A stretch of DNA of 64,000 bases from the human T2T-CHM13v2.0 reference genome, Homo sapiens: NCBI GenBank assembly GCA_009914755.4, contig CP086569.2:27776001-27840000 (forward strand), written 5' to 3'. Both the position numbers and the translations under genes were made by a program. This document shows positions 12,691 to 28,400 of this stretch, one piece after another (positions within the stretch are counted from its first letter, which is position 1; the number at the start of each line of letters is the position of its first letter). The notes under the pieces were generated by a model. That model worked only from the letters and a program-made list of their open reading frames with translations, was not told where the DNA came from and searched no databases.

Positions 12691-15600
12691 CAACCATGGA
12701 ATCGAAAGGAATGTGGTAAAGTGGAGTGGAGTGGAGTGTTATGGAGTGGAATGGAATGGGGTGACATGGAATTGAATACAGTGGAGAGGAGTGGAGTGGA
12801 TTGGGTTAGAGTGGAATGGAAAGGGAAGGAATGGAACTGAATGGAGTGGAGTGGAATGGAGTGGAATGGAATGGAATGGAATGGAATGGAATGGAATGGA
12901 ATGGAGTGGAATGGAATCGAATCACATGGAACTGAATCAAATCGAATTGAATGAAATTGAATGGAGAAAATGGAGTCAAATGGAATCAAATCGAATGGAT
13001 TCGAATGACATTGAATGGAATGGAAAGGAATGCAGTGAGGTGGAGTTGAGTGGAATGGAGTGGAATGGAATGGGATGAATGGAATTGAATGGAGTGGAGT
13101 GGAATGGAATGGAAAGGAAAGGAAAGGAATTGAATTGAACAAAATGGAGTGGAGTAGAATGGAGTGGATTGGTGTGGAGTGCAGGGGAGTGCAGTGGAAT
13201 GAAGAGGAGTGTAGTTGAATGGAATGGAATGGTATGGAACGTACTGGAATGGAATGGATAAGAGTGGAATGGAATGGAATCGCATGGAATTGAATAGAAT
13301 CAAATCGAATTGAATAGAAACAAATGGAAAAAATGGAGTCAAATGGAATCGAATGGCATAGAATCGAACGGTTTTGAATGGCAGTGAATGCAAACGAATG
13401 GAATGCGATGAAGTGGAGCGGACTGGATTGGAAAGGAGTGCAATGGAATAGGGCGGAACTGAATTTAATGGAGCAGAGTGGATTGGAGTGGACTGGAGTG
13501 TAAAGGAATGGAAGGAATGGGATTGAAAGGAGTGGCGTGCAGTGGATTGGAGTGGCATGGAGTGGAGTGGAGTGGAATGGAGTGGAATGGAATGGAGTGG
13601 AATGGAGTGGATTGGAATGGAATGGAGTGCAGAGGAATGGAATGGAATGGTATAGAGTGGACAGGAAAGGAGTGGAGTGGATTGGAATGGAATGGAATGG
13701 AAAGGAATGGAACTGAATGGACTGGAATGGAATGGAATAGAATGGAATTGCAGGGAATCAAATTGGATTGAATCGAATCGAATGGAAAAAGTGAAATCAA
13801 ATGAAATTGAATGGAATCGAATTGAATGTAAAAAATGGAATCCAATGGAATCAAATGGAATTCAATCAAATGGTTAGGAATGGTGAAAAATGAAATCGCA
13901 TGGAAGGCAGTGAATTGGAGTGGAGTGGAATAGAGAGGAATGAATTGGAATGTAGTGAAGTGGAATGGAGTGGATTCCAGTGGAGTGGAGTGGATTGGAT
14001 TGGAATGGAATGGAATAGATTAGATTGGAGTGGTGCAGAGTGGACTGGACTGGAATGGAGAGGAATGGAGTGGAGTGAAGTCGAGTTGAGTGGAATGGAA
14101 TGGAGTGGAGCAGAGTGGAATGCAAAAGAATGAAGTGGATTGGTATGGAATGGAATGGCGTGGAATGGAGTGGAATAGAATGGAATGGAATCGCATGGAA
14201 GGATATCAAATCAAATGGAATCGAACGGAAAATTATGAATCCAATGGAATCGAAAGGATTCTAAAGGAATGGATTCGAAAGGCATTGAATGGAATGGAAA
14301 GGAATGCAGTGAAGTGGAGTGGAGTGGAGTGGATTGTTTTAGAGTGAAATGGGTTGGATTGGAACTCTATGGGGTGGAGTGGAGCGAAGTGGATTGGATT
14401 GGAATGGAGTACAATGGACTGGAGTGGAGTCGAATGGATTGGAGTGGAGTGTAGTGGATCGGAGTGGAGTGCCGTGGAGTGGACTAGAGTGGGGTAGAGT
14501 GGAGTGCATTGGAGTGGAATGGGGTGGAGTGGGGTGGAATGGAATGGAATGGCATCAAATCGCATGGTAATGAATCAAATGGAATCAAATGGAACGGAAA
14601 TAATGGAATCGAAGACAAACGAATGGAATCGAATTGCACTGATTCTACTGACTTGGAAGAAAATGAAATGAAATGCGGTGAAGTGGAGTGGAGTGGAATG
14701 TATTAGGGTGGAATGGAATTGAATGGTGTGGAGTGGGGTGGAGTGCCCAGGAGTGGAATGGGAAGAAATGGGATTGAACGGAGTGGAGTGGAGTGGAATG
14801 GAGGGTAATGGAGTGGAATGGAGTGGAGTGGAGTAGAGTGGAATGGGTTGGAGTGGAATGCAGAGGACAGGAGTGGAGTGCGGTGGACTGGAGTGGAGTG
14901 GAGTTGAGTGGAGTGGATTGGATTGAAATAGAGCGGAGCAGAGTGGAATGGAATTGAATCACATGGTATTGAATCAAATCGAATGGAATTAAATCGAATG
15001 AAAAAATGGAATCAAAAGCAAACGAATGGAGTCAAACCACATTGGTTAGACTGACATCGAATAATATCAAAAGCAATGTGGTGAAGTGGAGTAGAGTGTA
15101 ATGAAATGGGGTGGAATGAAATTGAATGGAGTGGAGTGGAGTCTACTGGAGTGGAATGGAATGGAAAGGAAAGGAATGGAATAGAATGGAGTGAAGTGCA
15201 GTGCATTGAAATGGAGTGGAAAGGAATGGAATGGAATGGAATCAAATGGAATCGAAGTGAATCGAATCTAATGAAATTGAATGGAAAAAATGGAATGAGT
15301 AGAATCGAAAAAGATGGATTCAAATGGCAACAAATAGAATTGAATGGAATGCGGTGAGGTGGAGGGGATTGGAATGGAGTTGAATGGAATGGGGTGTAAT
15401 TGAATTGAATGGAGTGGATTGGATTGGAGTGGACTGGAGTGGAATGGAATGGCATGGGCAGGAATGGAATTGAAAGGGTTGAAGTGGAATTGAGTGGTGT
15501 GGATCGGAGTAGACTGCATTGTAGTGGATTGGAGTGGAAAGAAGTGGAGTGGAATGGAATGGAATGCAATGGAGTGGAGTGGAATGGAGTGGAATGGAGA

Positions 15601-18600
15601 GTAATGGAGTGGAGTGGACTGGAGCGGAGTGGAGTGTAGTGCATTGGACTGTAGGGGATTGAAGTGGCTTGGAGTACAATGGAGTGGAGTGGAATGGAAT
15701 GGAATGGAGTGGAATGCACTGGAATGAATTGGAATGAAATGGATTGGAATCGCATGGAATCGAATAGAATCGAATCATATAGAATTGAGTGAAATCGAAT
15801 GGAAAAAAGAAATCGAAAGAAATTAAAAGGAATGAATCGAATGGAGTTGAATGTCATCCAGTGGAATTGAAAGGAATGCGGTAAAGTGGAGTGGAGTGGA
15901 TTTAAATGGAGTGGAATGGAATGGGGAGACATGGAATTGAATAGAGTGGAGTGGAGTGGATTGGACTGGAGTGGAATGGAATGGAATGGGAAGGAATGGA
16001 ACTGAACGGAGTGGAGTGGAGTGGAGTGGAATGGAGTAGAATGTAATGGAGTGGAATGGAATCGAATCCCTTGGAATTGAATGAAATCGAATCGAATGAA
16101 ATCAGATGGAAAAAATGGAATCAAATGGAATCAAATCAAATGAATTCGAAAGGCATTGAAAGGAATCGAATTGAATGCGGTGAGGTGGAGTTGAGTTGAA
16201 TGAAGTGGAATGGAATGATGTGTAATGGAATTGAATGGAGTGGAGAGGAGTGGAATGGAATGGAATGGAAAGAATGGAAATGAACAAAGTGGAGTGGAGT
16301 GGAATGGAGTGGATTGGAGTGCAGTGAAGCGGAGTGAAGTGCAATGAAGAGGAATGGCGTGGAGAGGAATGGAATGGAATGTTATGGAATGTACTGGAAT
16401 GGAATGGATAAGAATGGAATGGAATGGAATCACATGGAATACAATAGAACTGAATGGAATTCAATGGAATCAAATGGGAAAAATGGAGTCGAAAGGAATC
16501 GAATGGAATTGAATCGAATGGTTTTAAATGGTGGTGAATGGAAACACAAGGAAGGCGATGAAGTGGAGTGGAGTGGAATGGAAAGGAGTGCCATGGAATG
16601 GGGTAAAATTGAATTTAATGCAATGGAGTGGATTGGAGTGGACTGGAGTGGAATGGGAAGGAATGGGAAGGAATGGAATTGAAAGGAGTCGAGTAGAGTG
16701 GAATGGAGTGGAGTGGAATGGAGTGGCAAGAAAAGGAGTGGAATGGAGTGGATTGAAATGGAGTTGAATGCAGAGGAATGGAATGGAATGGAATAGAGTA
16801 GACAGGAATGGAGTGGAGTGGGTTGGAATGGAATTGACTGGAGAGGAATGGAAGATAATGCACTGGACTGGACTGGAATGTAATGGAATCGCAGGGAATG
16901 GAATCGAATCGAACTGAATAGAATCAAATGGAAAAATGGAATCAAATGGAATCGAATGGAATTGGATTGAATGTAAAAAATGGAATCAAATTGAATGGAA
17001 TCGAATGGTTTTGAATGGCATCAAATGAAATCGAATGGAAAGTAGTGAATTGGAGTGGAGTGGAATGGAGAGGAATGCATTGGAATGGAGTTCCATGGAG
17101 TGGAGTGGAATGGAGTGGATTAGAGTGGAGTGGAGTGGATAGGATTGGAATGGAATGGAATGGATTTGTAGTGGAGTGGTGCAGATTGGAGTGGACTGGA
17201 ATGGAGAGGAATGGAGTGGAGTGAAGTCGAGTTGAGTGGAATGGAATGAAGTGGAGTGGAGTGGAATGCAGTGGAATGCAGTAGAATGAAGTGGATTGGA
17301 ATGGAATGGAATGGCGTGGAATGGAGTGGAATGGAATGGAATGGAGTGGAATGGAATGGAATGGAATAGCATGGAATGAAATCGAATCAAATCGAATGCA
17401 AGGGAAAATTATGAATCAAATGTAATCGAATGGATTCCAAATGAGTGGATTCGAATGGCATTGCATGGAGTGGAAAGGAACGCGGTGAAGTGGAGTGGAG
17501 TGGAATGTATTGGATTGGAATGGGGTGGATTGGAATTCTATGGAGTGGAGAGGAGTGAAGTGGATTGGAGTGGAATGGAGTGGAATGAACTGGAGTAGAG
17601 TGGAATGGATTGGAGTGGAGTGTAGTGGAATGGAGTGGAGTGGTGTGGAGTGGAGTAGAGTGGGTTGGGGTGGAGTGGATTGGAGTAGAATAGAGTGGAG
17701 TGGAGTGTAATGGAATGGAATGGAATCAAATCACATGGTAACGAATCAAATCGAATGGAAAAAAATGGAATTGAATGCAAACGAATGGAATGGAATTGCA
17801 CTGATTCTACTGAGTTCGAATAAAATCAAATGAAATGCGGTGAAGTGGAATGGAGTGGAATGAAATGGGTTGGAAACTAATTCAATGGTGTGGAGAGGAG
17901 TGGAGTGTCCTGGAGTGGAATGGAATGGAATGGAATGGGAAGGAGAGGAATTTTACGGAGTGGAGTGGAATGGAGCGGACTAGAGTGTAATGGAGTGGAG
18001 TGGAGTGGAATGGGTTGGAGCGGAGTGCAGTGGACAGGAGTGGAGTGCGTGGACTGGAGTGGAGTGGAGTGGATTGCAGTGGAAAAGAGTGGAGCGGAGT
18101 GGAATGGAATGGAATGTAATGGAATCGCATGGTATTGAATCAAATCCAACTGAATTAAATCGAATGGAAAAAATGGAATCGAATTCCAACAAATGGAATC
18201 GAATCGCGTCGTTTCGACTGACATTGAATAAAATGAAAAGAAATGCGTTGAAGTGGAGTGGAGTGGAATGAAATGGGGTGGAATGGAATTGAATGGAGTT
18301 GATTGGAGTGGAGTCGACTGGAGTGGAACGGAATGGAATGGGAAGGAATGGAATTAAATGGAGTGGAGCGCAGTACAGTGAAATGGAGTGGAATGGTATG
18401 GAATGGAATGGAAGGGAATTGCATGGAATTGAATCGAATCGAATCTAATGTAATTGAACGGAAAAAAATGGAACTGAATAGAATCGAAAACAATGGATTC
18501 GACTGGCATCTAATAGAATGAAATGGAATGTGGTGAGGTGGAGTGGATTGTAATGGAGTTGAATGGAATGGGGTGTAATTGAATTGAATGGAGTGGAGTG

Positions 18601-19043
18601 GAGTGAACTGGAGTGGAATGGAATGGAATGGGCAGGCATGGAATTGAAAGGCGTGGAGTGGAGTGGAATTGAGAGGAGTGGAATGGAGTAGGGTGGATTG
18701 TAGTGGAGAGTATCGGAAAAGAGTGGAGTGGAATGGAACGGAATGGAGTGGAGTGGAATGGAATGGAATTGAGTAAAGAGGAGTGGAATGGAGAGTAATG
18801 GAGTGGAGTGGACTGGAGTGGAGTAGATTGCAGTGCATTTTACTGTAGGGGATAGAAGTGGCTTGGAGAGCAATGGAGTGGAGTGGAATGGAATGGAGTG
18901 GAATGGACTGGAACGGAATGGAATGGAATGGATTAAAAAGGCAGAGAATCAAATCGAATTGAATCATATGGAATCAAGTCGAATCGACTGGAGGAAAGAA
19001 ATCCAATGAAATCGAATGGAATGAATTGAATGGAGTCGAATGT
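12691..19043. repeat. Array-1 HOR copy (6,353 bp).
   Basis: A anchor at 12691, P at 14232, B at 15855, Q at 17410, next A at 19044. Confidence 0.85.
12863..12905 (+). repeat. Pure (GGAAT)n tract of about 8 units inside the array-1 A head. Homologous tracts lie at 19221-19260 and 25581-25625. The equivalent site near 440-475 is shorter and interrupted.
   Basis: Direct reading. Confidence 0.8.
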
Positions 19044-22000
19044 CAACCATGGAATCGAAAGGAATGTGGTAAAGTGGAGTGGAGTGGAGTGTTATGGAGT
19101 GGAATGGAATGGGGTGACATGGAATTGAATACAGTGGAGAGGAGTGGAGTGGATTGGGTTAGAGTGGAATGGAAAGGGAAGGAATGGAACTGAATGGAGT
19201 GGAGTGGAATGGAGTGGAATGGAATGGAATGGAATGGAATGGAATGGAATGGAATGGAGTGGAATGGAATCGAATCACATGGAACTGAATCAAATCGAAT
19301 TGAATGAAATTGAATGGAGAAAATGGAGTCAAATGGAATCAAATCGAATGGATTCGAATGACATTGAATGGAATCGAAAGGAATGCAGTGAGGTGGAGTT
19401 GAGTGGAATGGAGTGGAATGGAATGGGATGAATGGAATTGAATGGAGTGGAGTGGAATGGAATGGAAAGGAAAGGAAAGGAATTGAATTGAACAAAATGG
19501 AGTGGATTAGAATGGAGTGGATTGGTGTGGAGTGCAGGGGAGTGCAGTGGAATGAAGAGGAGTGTAGTTGAATGGAATGGAATGGTATGGAACGTACTGG
19601 AATGGAATGGATAAGAGTGGAATGGAATGGAATCGCATGGAATTGAATAGAATCAAATCGAATTGAATAGAAACAAATGGAAAAAATGGAGTCAAATGGA
19701 ATCGAATGGCATAGAATCGAACGGTTTTGAATGGCAGTGAATGCAAACGAATGGAATGCGATGAAGTGGAGCGGACTGGATAGGAAAGGATTACAATGGA
19801 ATAGGGCGGAACTGAATTTAATGGAGCAGAGTGGATTGGAGTGGACTGGAGTGTAAAAGAATGGGAAGGAATGGGATTGAAAGGAGTGGCGTGCAGTGGA
19901 TTGGAGTGGCATGGAGTGGAGTGGAGTGGAATGGAGTGGAATGGAATGGAGTGGAATGGAGTGGATTAGAATGGAATGGAGTGCAGAGGAATGGAATGGA
20001 ATGGTATAGAGTGGACAGGAAAGGAGTGGAGTGGATTGGAATGGAATGGAATGGAAAGGAACGGAACTGAATGGACTGGAATGGAATGGAATAGAATGGA
20101 ATTGCAGGGAATCAAATTGGATTGAATCGAATCGAATGGAAAAAGTGAAATCAAATCAAATTGAATGGAATCGAATTGAATGTAAAAAATGGAATCCAAT
20201 GGAATCAAATGGAATTCAATCAAATGGTTTGGAATGGTGAAAAATGAAATCGCATGGAAGGCAGTGAATTGGAGTGGAGTGGAATAGAGAGGAATGAATT
20301 GTAATGGAGTGAAGTGGAATGTAGTGGATTCCAGTGGAGTGGAGTGGATTGGATTGGATTGGAATGGAATAGATTGGATTGGAGTGGTGCAGAGTGGACT
20401 GGACTGGAGTGGAGAGGAATGGAGTGGAGTGAAGTCGAGTTGAGTGGAATGGAATGGAGTGGAGCAGAGTGGAATGCAAAACAATGAAGTGGATTGGTAT
20501 TGAATGGAATGGCATGGAATGGAGTGGAATAGAATGGAATGGAATCGCATGGAAGGATATCAAATCAAATGGAATCGAACGGAAAATTATGAGTCCAATG
20601 GAATAGAAAGGATTCTAAAGGAATGGATTCGGAAGGCATTGAATGGAATGGAAAGGAATGCAGTGAAGTGGAGTGGAGTGGAGTGGATTGTTTTAGAGTG
20701 AAATGGGTTGGATTGGAACTCTATGGGGTGGAGTGGAGCGAAGTGGATTGGATTGGAATGGAGTGCAATGGACTGGAGTGGAGTGGAATGGATTGGAGTG
20801 GAGTGTAGTGGATCGGAGTGGAGTGCCGTGTAGTGGACTAGAGTGGGGTGGAGTGGAGTGCTTTGGAGTGGAATGGGGTGGAGTGGGGTGGAATGGAATG
20901 GAATGGCATCAAATCGCATGGTAATGAATCAAATGGAATCAAATGGAACGGAAATAATGGAATCGAAGGCAAACGAATGGAATCGATTGCACTGATTCTA
21001 CTGACTTCGAAGAAAATGAAATGAAATGCGGTGAAGTGGAGTGGAGTGGAATGTATTAGGGTGGAATGGAATTGAATGGTGTGGAGTGGGGTGGAGTGCC
21101 CAGGAGTGGAATGGGAAGAAATGGGATTGAACGGAGTGGAGTGGAGTGGAATGGAGGGTAATGGAGTGGAATGGAGTGGAGTGGAGTAGAGTGGAATGGG
21201 TTGGAGTGGAATGCAGAGGACAGGAGTGGAGTGCGGTGGACTGGAGTGGAGTGGAGTTGAGTGGAGTGGATTGGATTGAAATAGAGCGGAGCAGAGTGGA
21301 GTGGAATTGAATCACATGGTATTCAATCAAATCGAATGGAATTAAATCGAATGAAAAAATGGAATCAAAAGCAAACGAATGGAGTCAAACCACATTGGTT
21401 AGACTGACATCAAATAATATCAAAAGAAATGTGGTGAAGTGGAGTGGAGTGTAATGAAATGGGGTGGAATGAAATTGAATGGAGTGGAGTGGAGTCTACT
21501 GGAGTGGAATGGAATGGAAAGGAAAGGAATGGAATAGAATGGAGTGAAGTGCAGTGCATTGAAATGGAGTGGAAAGGAATGGAATGGAATGGAATGGAAT
21601 GGAATCAAATGGATTCGAAGTGAATCGAATCTAATGAAATTGAACGGAAAAAATGGAATGAGTAGAATCGAAAAAGATGGATTCAAATGGCAACAAATAG
21701 AATTGAATGGAATGCGGTGAGGTGGAGGGGATTGGAATGGAGTTGAATGGAATGGGTTGTAATTGAATTGAGTGGAGTGGATTGGATTGGAGTGGACTGG
21801 AGTGGAATGGAATGGCATGGGCAGGAATGGAATTGAAAGGGTTGAAGTGGAATTGAGTGGTGTGGATCGGAGTAGACTGCATTGTAGTGGATTGGAGTGG
21901 AAAGAAGTGGAGTGGAATGGAATGGAATGCAATGGAGTGGAGTGGAATGGAGTGGAATGGAGAGTAATGGAGTGGAGTGGACTGGAGCGGAGTGGAGTAT

Positions 22001-25000
22001 AGTGCATTGGACTGTAGGGGATTGAAGTGGCTTGGAGTGCAATGGAGTGGAGTGGAATGGAATGGAATGGAGTGGAATGCACTGGAATGAATTGGAATGA
22101 AATGGATTGGAATCGCATGGAATCGAATAGAATCGAATCATATAGAATTGAGTGAAATCGAATGGAAAAAAGAAATCGAAAGAAATTAAAAGGAATGAAT
22201 CGAATGGAGTTGAATGTCATCCAGTGGAATTGAAAGGAATGCGGTAAAGTGGAGTGGAGTGGATTTAAATGGAGTGGAATGGAATGGGGAGACATGGAAT
22301 TGAATAGAGTGGAGTGGAGTGGATTGGACTGGAGTGGAATGGAATGGAATGGGAAGGAATGGAACTGAACGGAGTGGAGTGGAGTGGAGTGGAATGGAGT
22401 AGAATGTAATGGAGTGGAATGGAATCGAATCCCTTGGAATTGAATGAAATCGAATCGAATGAAATCAGATGGAAAAAATGGAATCAAATGGAATCAAATC
22501 AAATGAATTCGAAAGGCATTGAAAGGAATCGAATTGAATGCGGTGAGGTGGAGTTGAGTTGAATGAAGTGGAATGGAATGATGTGTAATGGAATTGAATG
22601 GAGTGGAGAGGAGTGGAATGGAATGGAATGGAAAGAATGGAAATGAACAAAGTGGAGTGGAGTGGAATGGAGTGGATTGGAGTGCAGTGAAGCGGAGTGA
22701 AGTGCAATGAAGAGGAATGGCGTGGAGAGGAATGGAATGGAATGTTATGGAATGTACTGGAATGGAATGGATAAGAATGGAATGGAATGGAATCACATGG
22801 AATACAATAGAACTGAATGGAATTCAATGGAATCAAATGGGAAAAATGGAGTCGAAAGGAATCGAATGGAATTGAATCGAATGGTTTTAAATGGTGGTGA
22901 ATGGAAACACAAGGAAGGCGATGAAGTGGAGTGGAGTGGAATGGAAAGGAGTGCAATGGAATGGGGTAAAATTGAATGTAATGCAATGGAGTGGATTGGA
23001 GTGGACTGGAGTGGAATGGGAAGGAATGGGAAGGAATGGAATTGAAAGGAGTTGAGTAGAGTGGAATGGAGTGGAGTGCAGTGGAATGGAGTGGCAAGAA
23101 AAGGAGTGGAATGGAGTGGATTGAAATGGAGTTGAATGCAGAGGAATGGAATGGAATGGAATAGAGTAGACAGGAATGGAGTGGAGTGGGTTGGAATGGA
23201 ATGCACTGGAGAGGAATGGAAGATAATGGACTGGACTGGACTGGAATGTAATGGAATCGCAGGGAATGGAATCGAATCGAACTGAATAGAATCAAATGGA
23301 AAAATGGAATCAAATGGAATCGAATGGAATTGGATTGAATGTAAAAAATGGAATCAAATGGAATGGAATCGAATGGTTTTGAATGGCATCAAATGAAATC
23401 GAATGGAAAGTAGTGAATTGGAGTGGAGTGGAATGGAGAGGAATGCATTGGAATGGAGTTCAATGGAGTGGAGTGGAATGGAGTGGATTAGAGTGGAGTG
23501 GATAGGATTGGAATGGAATGGAATGGATTTGCAGTGGAGTGGTGCAGAGTGGAGTGGACTGGAGTGGAGAGGAATGGAGTGGAGTGAAGTCGAGTTGAGT
23601 GGAATGGAATGAAGTGGAGTGGAGTGGAATGCAGTGGAATGCAGTAGAATGAAGTGGATTGGAATGGAATGGAATGGCGTGGAATGGAGTGGAATGGAAT
23701 GGAATGGAGTGGAATGGAATGGAATGGAATAGCATGGAATGAAATCGAATCAAATCGAATGCAAGGGAAAATTATGAATCAAATGTAATCGAATGGATTC
23801 CAAATGAGTGGATTCGAATGGCATTGCATGGAGTGGAAAGGAATGCGGTGAAGTGGAGTGGAGTGGAATGTATTGGATTGGAATGGGGTGGATTGGAATT
23901 CTATGGAGTGGAGTGGAGTGAAGTGGATTGGAGTGGAATGGAGTGGAATGAACTGGAGTAGAGTGGAATGGATTGGAGTGGAGTGTAGTGGAATGGAGTG
24001 GAGTGGTGTGGAGTGGAGTAGAGTGGGTTGGGGTGGAGTGGATTGGAGTAGAATAGAGTGGAGTGGAGTGTAATGTAATGGAATGGAATCAAATCACATG
24101 GTAACGAATCAAATCGAATGGAAAAAATGGAATTGAATGCAAACGAATGGAATGGAATCGCACTGATTCTACTGAGTTCGAATAAAATCAAATGAAATGC
24201 GGTGAAGTGGAATGGAGTGGAATGAAATGGGTTGGAAAGGAATTCAATGGTGTGTAGAGGAGTGGAGTGTCCTGGAGTGGAATGGAATGGAATGGAATGG
24301 GAAGGAGAGGAATTTTACGGAGTGGAGTGGAATGGAGCGGACTAGAGTGTAATGGAGTGGAGTGGAGTGGAATGGGTTGGAGTGGAGTGCAGTGGACAGG
24401 AGTGGAGTGCCGTGGACTGGAGTGGAGTGGATTGGATTGCAGTGGAAAAGAGTGGAGCGGAGTGGAATGGAATGGAATGTAATGGAATCGCATGGTATTG
24501 AATCAAATCCAACTGAATTAAATCGAATGGAAAAAATGGAATCGAATTCCAACAAATGGAATCGAATCGCGTCGTTTCGACTGACATTGAATAAAATCAA
24601 AAGAAATGCGTTGAAGTGGAGTGGAGTGGAATGAAATGGGGTGGAATGGAATTGAATGGAGTTGATTGGAGTGGAGTCGACTGGAGTGGAACGGAATGGA
24701 ATGGGAAGGAATGGAATTAAATGGAGTGGAGTGCAGTACAGTGAAATGGAGTGGAATGGTATGGAATGGAAAGGAAGGGAATTGCATGGAATTGAATCGA
24801 ATCGAATCTAATGTAATTGAACGGAAAAAAATGGAACTGAATAGAATCAAAAACAATGGATTCGACTGGCATCTAATAGAATGAAATGGAATGCGGTGAG
24901 GTGGAGGGGATTGGAATGGAGTTGAATGGAATGGGGTGTAATTGAATTGAATGGAGTGGAGTGGAGTGAACTGGAGTGGAATGGAATGGAATGGGCAGGC

Positions 25001-25411
25001 ATGGAATTGAAAGGCGTGGAGTGGAGTGGAATTGAGAGGAGTGGAATGGAGTAGGGTGGATTGTAGTGGAGAGTATTGGAAAAGAGTGGAGTGGAATGGA
25101 ACGGAATGGAGTGGAGTGGAATGGAATGGAATTGAGTAAAGAGGAGTGGAATGGAGAGTAATGGAGTGGAGTGGACTGGAGTGGAGTAGATTGCAGTGCA
25201 TTTTACTGTAGGGGATAGAAGTGGCTTGGAGTGCAATGGAGTGGAGTGGAATGGAATGGAATGGAGTGGAATGGACTGGAACGGAATGGAATGGAATGGA
25301 TTTAAAAGGCAGGGAATCAAATCGAATTGAATCATATGGAATCAAGTCGAATCGACTGGAGGAAAGAAATCCAATGAAATCGAATGGAATGAATTGAATG
25401 GAGTCGAATGT
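19044..25411. repeat. Array-1 HOR copy (6,368 bp).
   Basis: A at 19044, P at 20586, B at 22218, Q at 23771, next A at 25412. Confidence 0.85.
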
Positions 25412-28400
25412 CAACCATGGAATCGAAAGGAATGTGGTAAAGTGGAGTGGAGTGGAGTGTTATGGAGTGGAATGGAATGGGGTGACATGGAATTGAATAC
25501 AGTGGAGAGGAGTGGAGTGGATTGGGTTAGAGTGGAATGGAAAGGGAAGGAATGGAACTGAATGGAGTGGAGTGGAATGGAGTGGAATGGAATGGAATGG
25601 AATGGAATGGAATGGAATGGAATGGAGTGGAATGGAATCGAATCACATGGAACTGAATCAAATCGAATTGAATGAAATTGAATGGAGAAAATGGAGTCAA
25701 ATGGAATCAAATCGAATGGATTCGAATGACATTGAATGGAATGGAAAGGAATGCAGTGAGGTGGAGTTGAGTGGAATGGAGTGGAATGGAATGGGATGAA
25801 TGGAATTGAATGGAGTGGAGTAGAATGGAATGGAAAGGAAACGAAAGGAATTGAATTGAACAAAATGGAGTGGAGTAGAATGGAGTGGATTGGTGTGGAG
25901 TGCAGGGGAGTGCAGTGGAATGAAGAGGAGTGTAGTTGAATGGAATGGAATGGTATGGAACGTACTGGAATGGAATGGATAAGAGTGGAATGGAATGGAA
26001 TCGCATGGAATTGAATAGAATCAAATCGAATTGAATAGAAACAAATGGAAAAAATGGAGTCAAATGGAATCGAATGGCATAGAATCGAACGATTTTGAAT
26101 GGCAGTGAATGCAAACGAATGGAATGCGATGAAGTGGAGCGGACTGGATTGGAAAGGAGTGCAATGGAATAGGGCGGAACTGAATTTAATGGAGCAGAGT
26201 GGATTGGAGTGGACTGGAGTGTAAAGGAATGGGAAGGAATGTGATTGAAAGGAGTGGCGTGCAGTGGATTGGAGTGGCATGGAGTGGAGTGGAGTGGAAT
26301 GGAGTGGAATGGAATGGAGTTGAATGGAGTGGATTAGAATGGAATGGAGTGCAGAGGAATGGAATGGAATGGTATAGAGTGGACAGGAAAGGAGTGGAGT
26401 GGATTGGAATGGAATGGAATGGAAAGGAATGGAACTGAATGGACTGGAATGGAATGGAATAGAATGGAATTGCAGGGAATCAAATTGGATTGAATCGAAT
26501 CGAATGGAAAAAGTGAAATCAAATGAAATTGAATGGAATCGTATTGAATGTAAAAAATGGAATCCAATGGAATCAAATGGAATTCAATCAAATGGTTAGG
26601 AATGGTGAAAAATGAAATCGCATGGAAGGCAGTGAATTGGAGTGGAGTGGAATAGAGAGGAATGAATTGGAATGGAGTGAAGTGGAATGGAGTGGATTCC
26701 AGTGGAGTGGAGTGGATTGGATTGGAATGGAATGGAATAGATTAGATTGGAGTGGTGCAGAGTGGACTGGACTGGAGTGGAGAGGAATGGAGTGGAGTGA
26801 AGTCGAGTTGAGTGGAATGGAATGGAGTGGAGCAGAGTGGAATGCAAAAGAATGAAGTGGATTGGTATGGGATGGAATGGCGTGGAATGGAGTGGAATAG
26901 AATGGAATGGAATCGCATGGAAGGATATCAAATCAAATGGAATCGAACGGAAAATTATGAATCCAATGGAATCGAAAGGATTCTAAAGGAATGGATTCGA
27001 AAGGCATTGAATGGAATGGAAAGGAATGCAGTGAAGTGGAGTGGAGTGGAGTGGATTGTTTTAGAGTGAAATGGGTTGGATTGGAACTCTATGGGGTGGA
27101 GTGGAGCGAAGTGGATTGGATTGGAATGGAGTACAATGGACTGGAGTGGAGTCGAATGGATTGGAGTGGAGTGTAGTGGATCGGAGTGGAGTGCTGTGGA
27201 GTGGACTAGAGTGGGGTAGAGTGGAGTGCATTGGAGTGGAATGGGGTGGAGTGGGGTGGAATGGAATGGAATGGCATCAAATCGCATGGTAATGAATCAA
27301 ATGGAATCAAATGGAACGGAAATAATGGAATCGAAGACAAACGAATGGAATCGAATTGCACTGATTCTACTGACTTGGAAGAAAATGAAATGAAATGCGG
27401 TGAAGTGGAGTGGAGTGGAATGTATTAGGGTGGAATGGAATTGAATGGTGTGGAGTGGGGTGGAGTGCCCAGGAGTGGAATGGGAAGAAATGGGATTGAA
27501 CGGAGTGGAGTGGAGTGGAATGGAGGGTAATGGAGTGGAATGGAGTGGAGTGGAGTAGAGTGGAATGGGTTGGAGTGGAATGCAGAGGACAGGAGTGGAG
27601 TGCGGTGGACTGGAGTGGAGTGGAGTTGAGTGGAGTGGATTGGATTGAAATAGAGTGGAGCAGAGTGGAATGGAATTGAATCACATGGTATTGAATCAAA
27701 TCGAATGGAATTAAATCGAATGAAAAAATGGAATCAAAAGCAAACGAATGGAGTCAAACCACATTGGTTAGACTGACATCGAATAATATCAAAAGCAATG
27801 TGGTGAAGTGGAGTGGAGTGTAATGAAATGGGGTGGAATGAAATTGAATGGAGTGGAGTGGAGTGGAGTCTACTGGAGTGGAATGGAATGGAAAGGAAAG
27901 GAATGGAATAGAATGGAGTGAAGTACAGTGCATTGAAATGGAGTGGAATGGAATGGAATGGAATGGAATCAAATGGAATCGAAGTGAATCGAATCTAATG
28001 AAATTGAACGGAAAAAATGGAATGAGTAGAATCGAAAAAGATAGATTCAAATGGCAACAAGTAGAATTGAATGGAATGCGGTGAGGTGGAGGGGATTGGA
28101 ATGGAGTTGAATGGAATGGGGTGTAATTGAATTGAATGGAGTGGATTGGATTGGAGTGGACTGGAGTGGAATGGAATGGCATGGGCAGGAATGGAATTGA
28201 AAGGGTTGAAGTGGAATTGAGTGGTGTGGATCGGAGTAGACTGCATTGTAGTGGATTGGAGTGGAAAGAAGTGGAGTGGAAGGGAATGGAATGCAATGGA
28301 GTGGAGTGGAATGGAGTGGAATGGAGAGTAATGGAGTGGAGTGGACTGGAGCGGAGTGGGGTGTAGTGCATTGGACTGTAGGGATTTGAAGTGGCTTGGA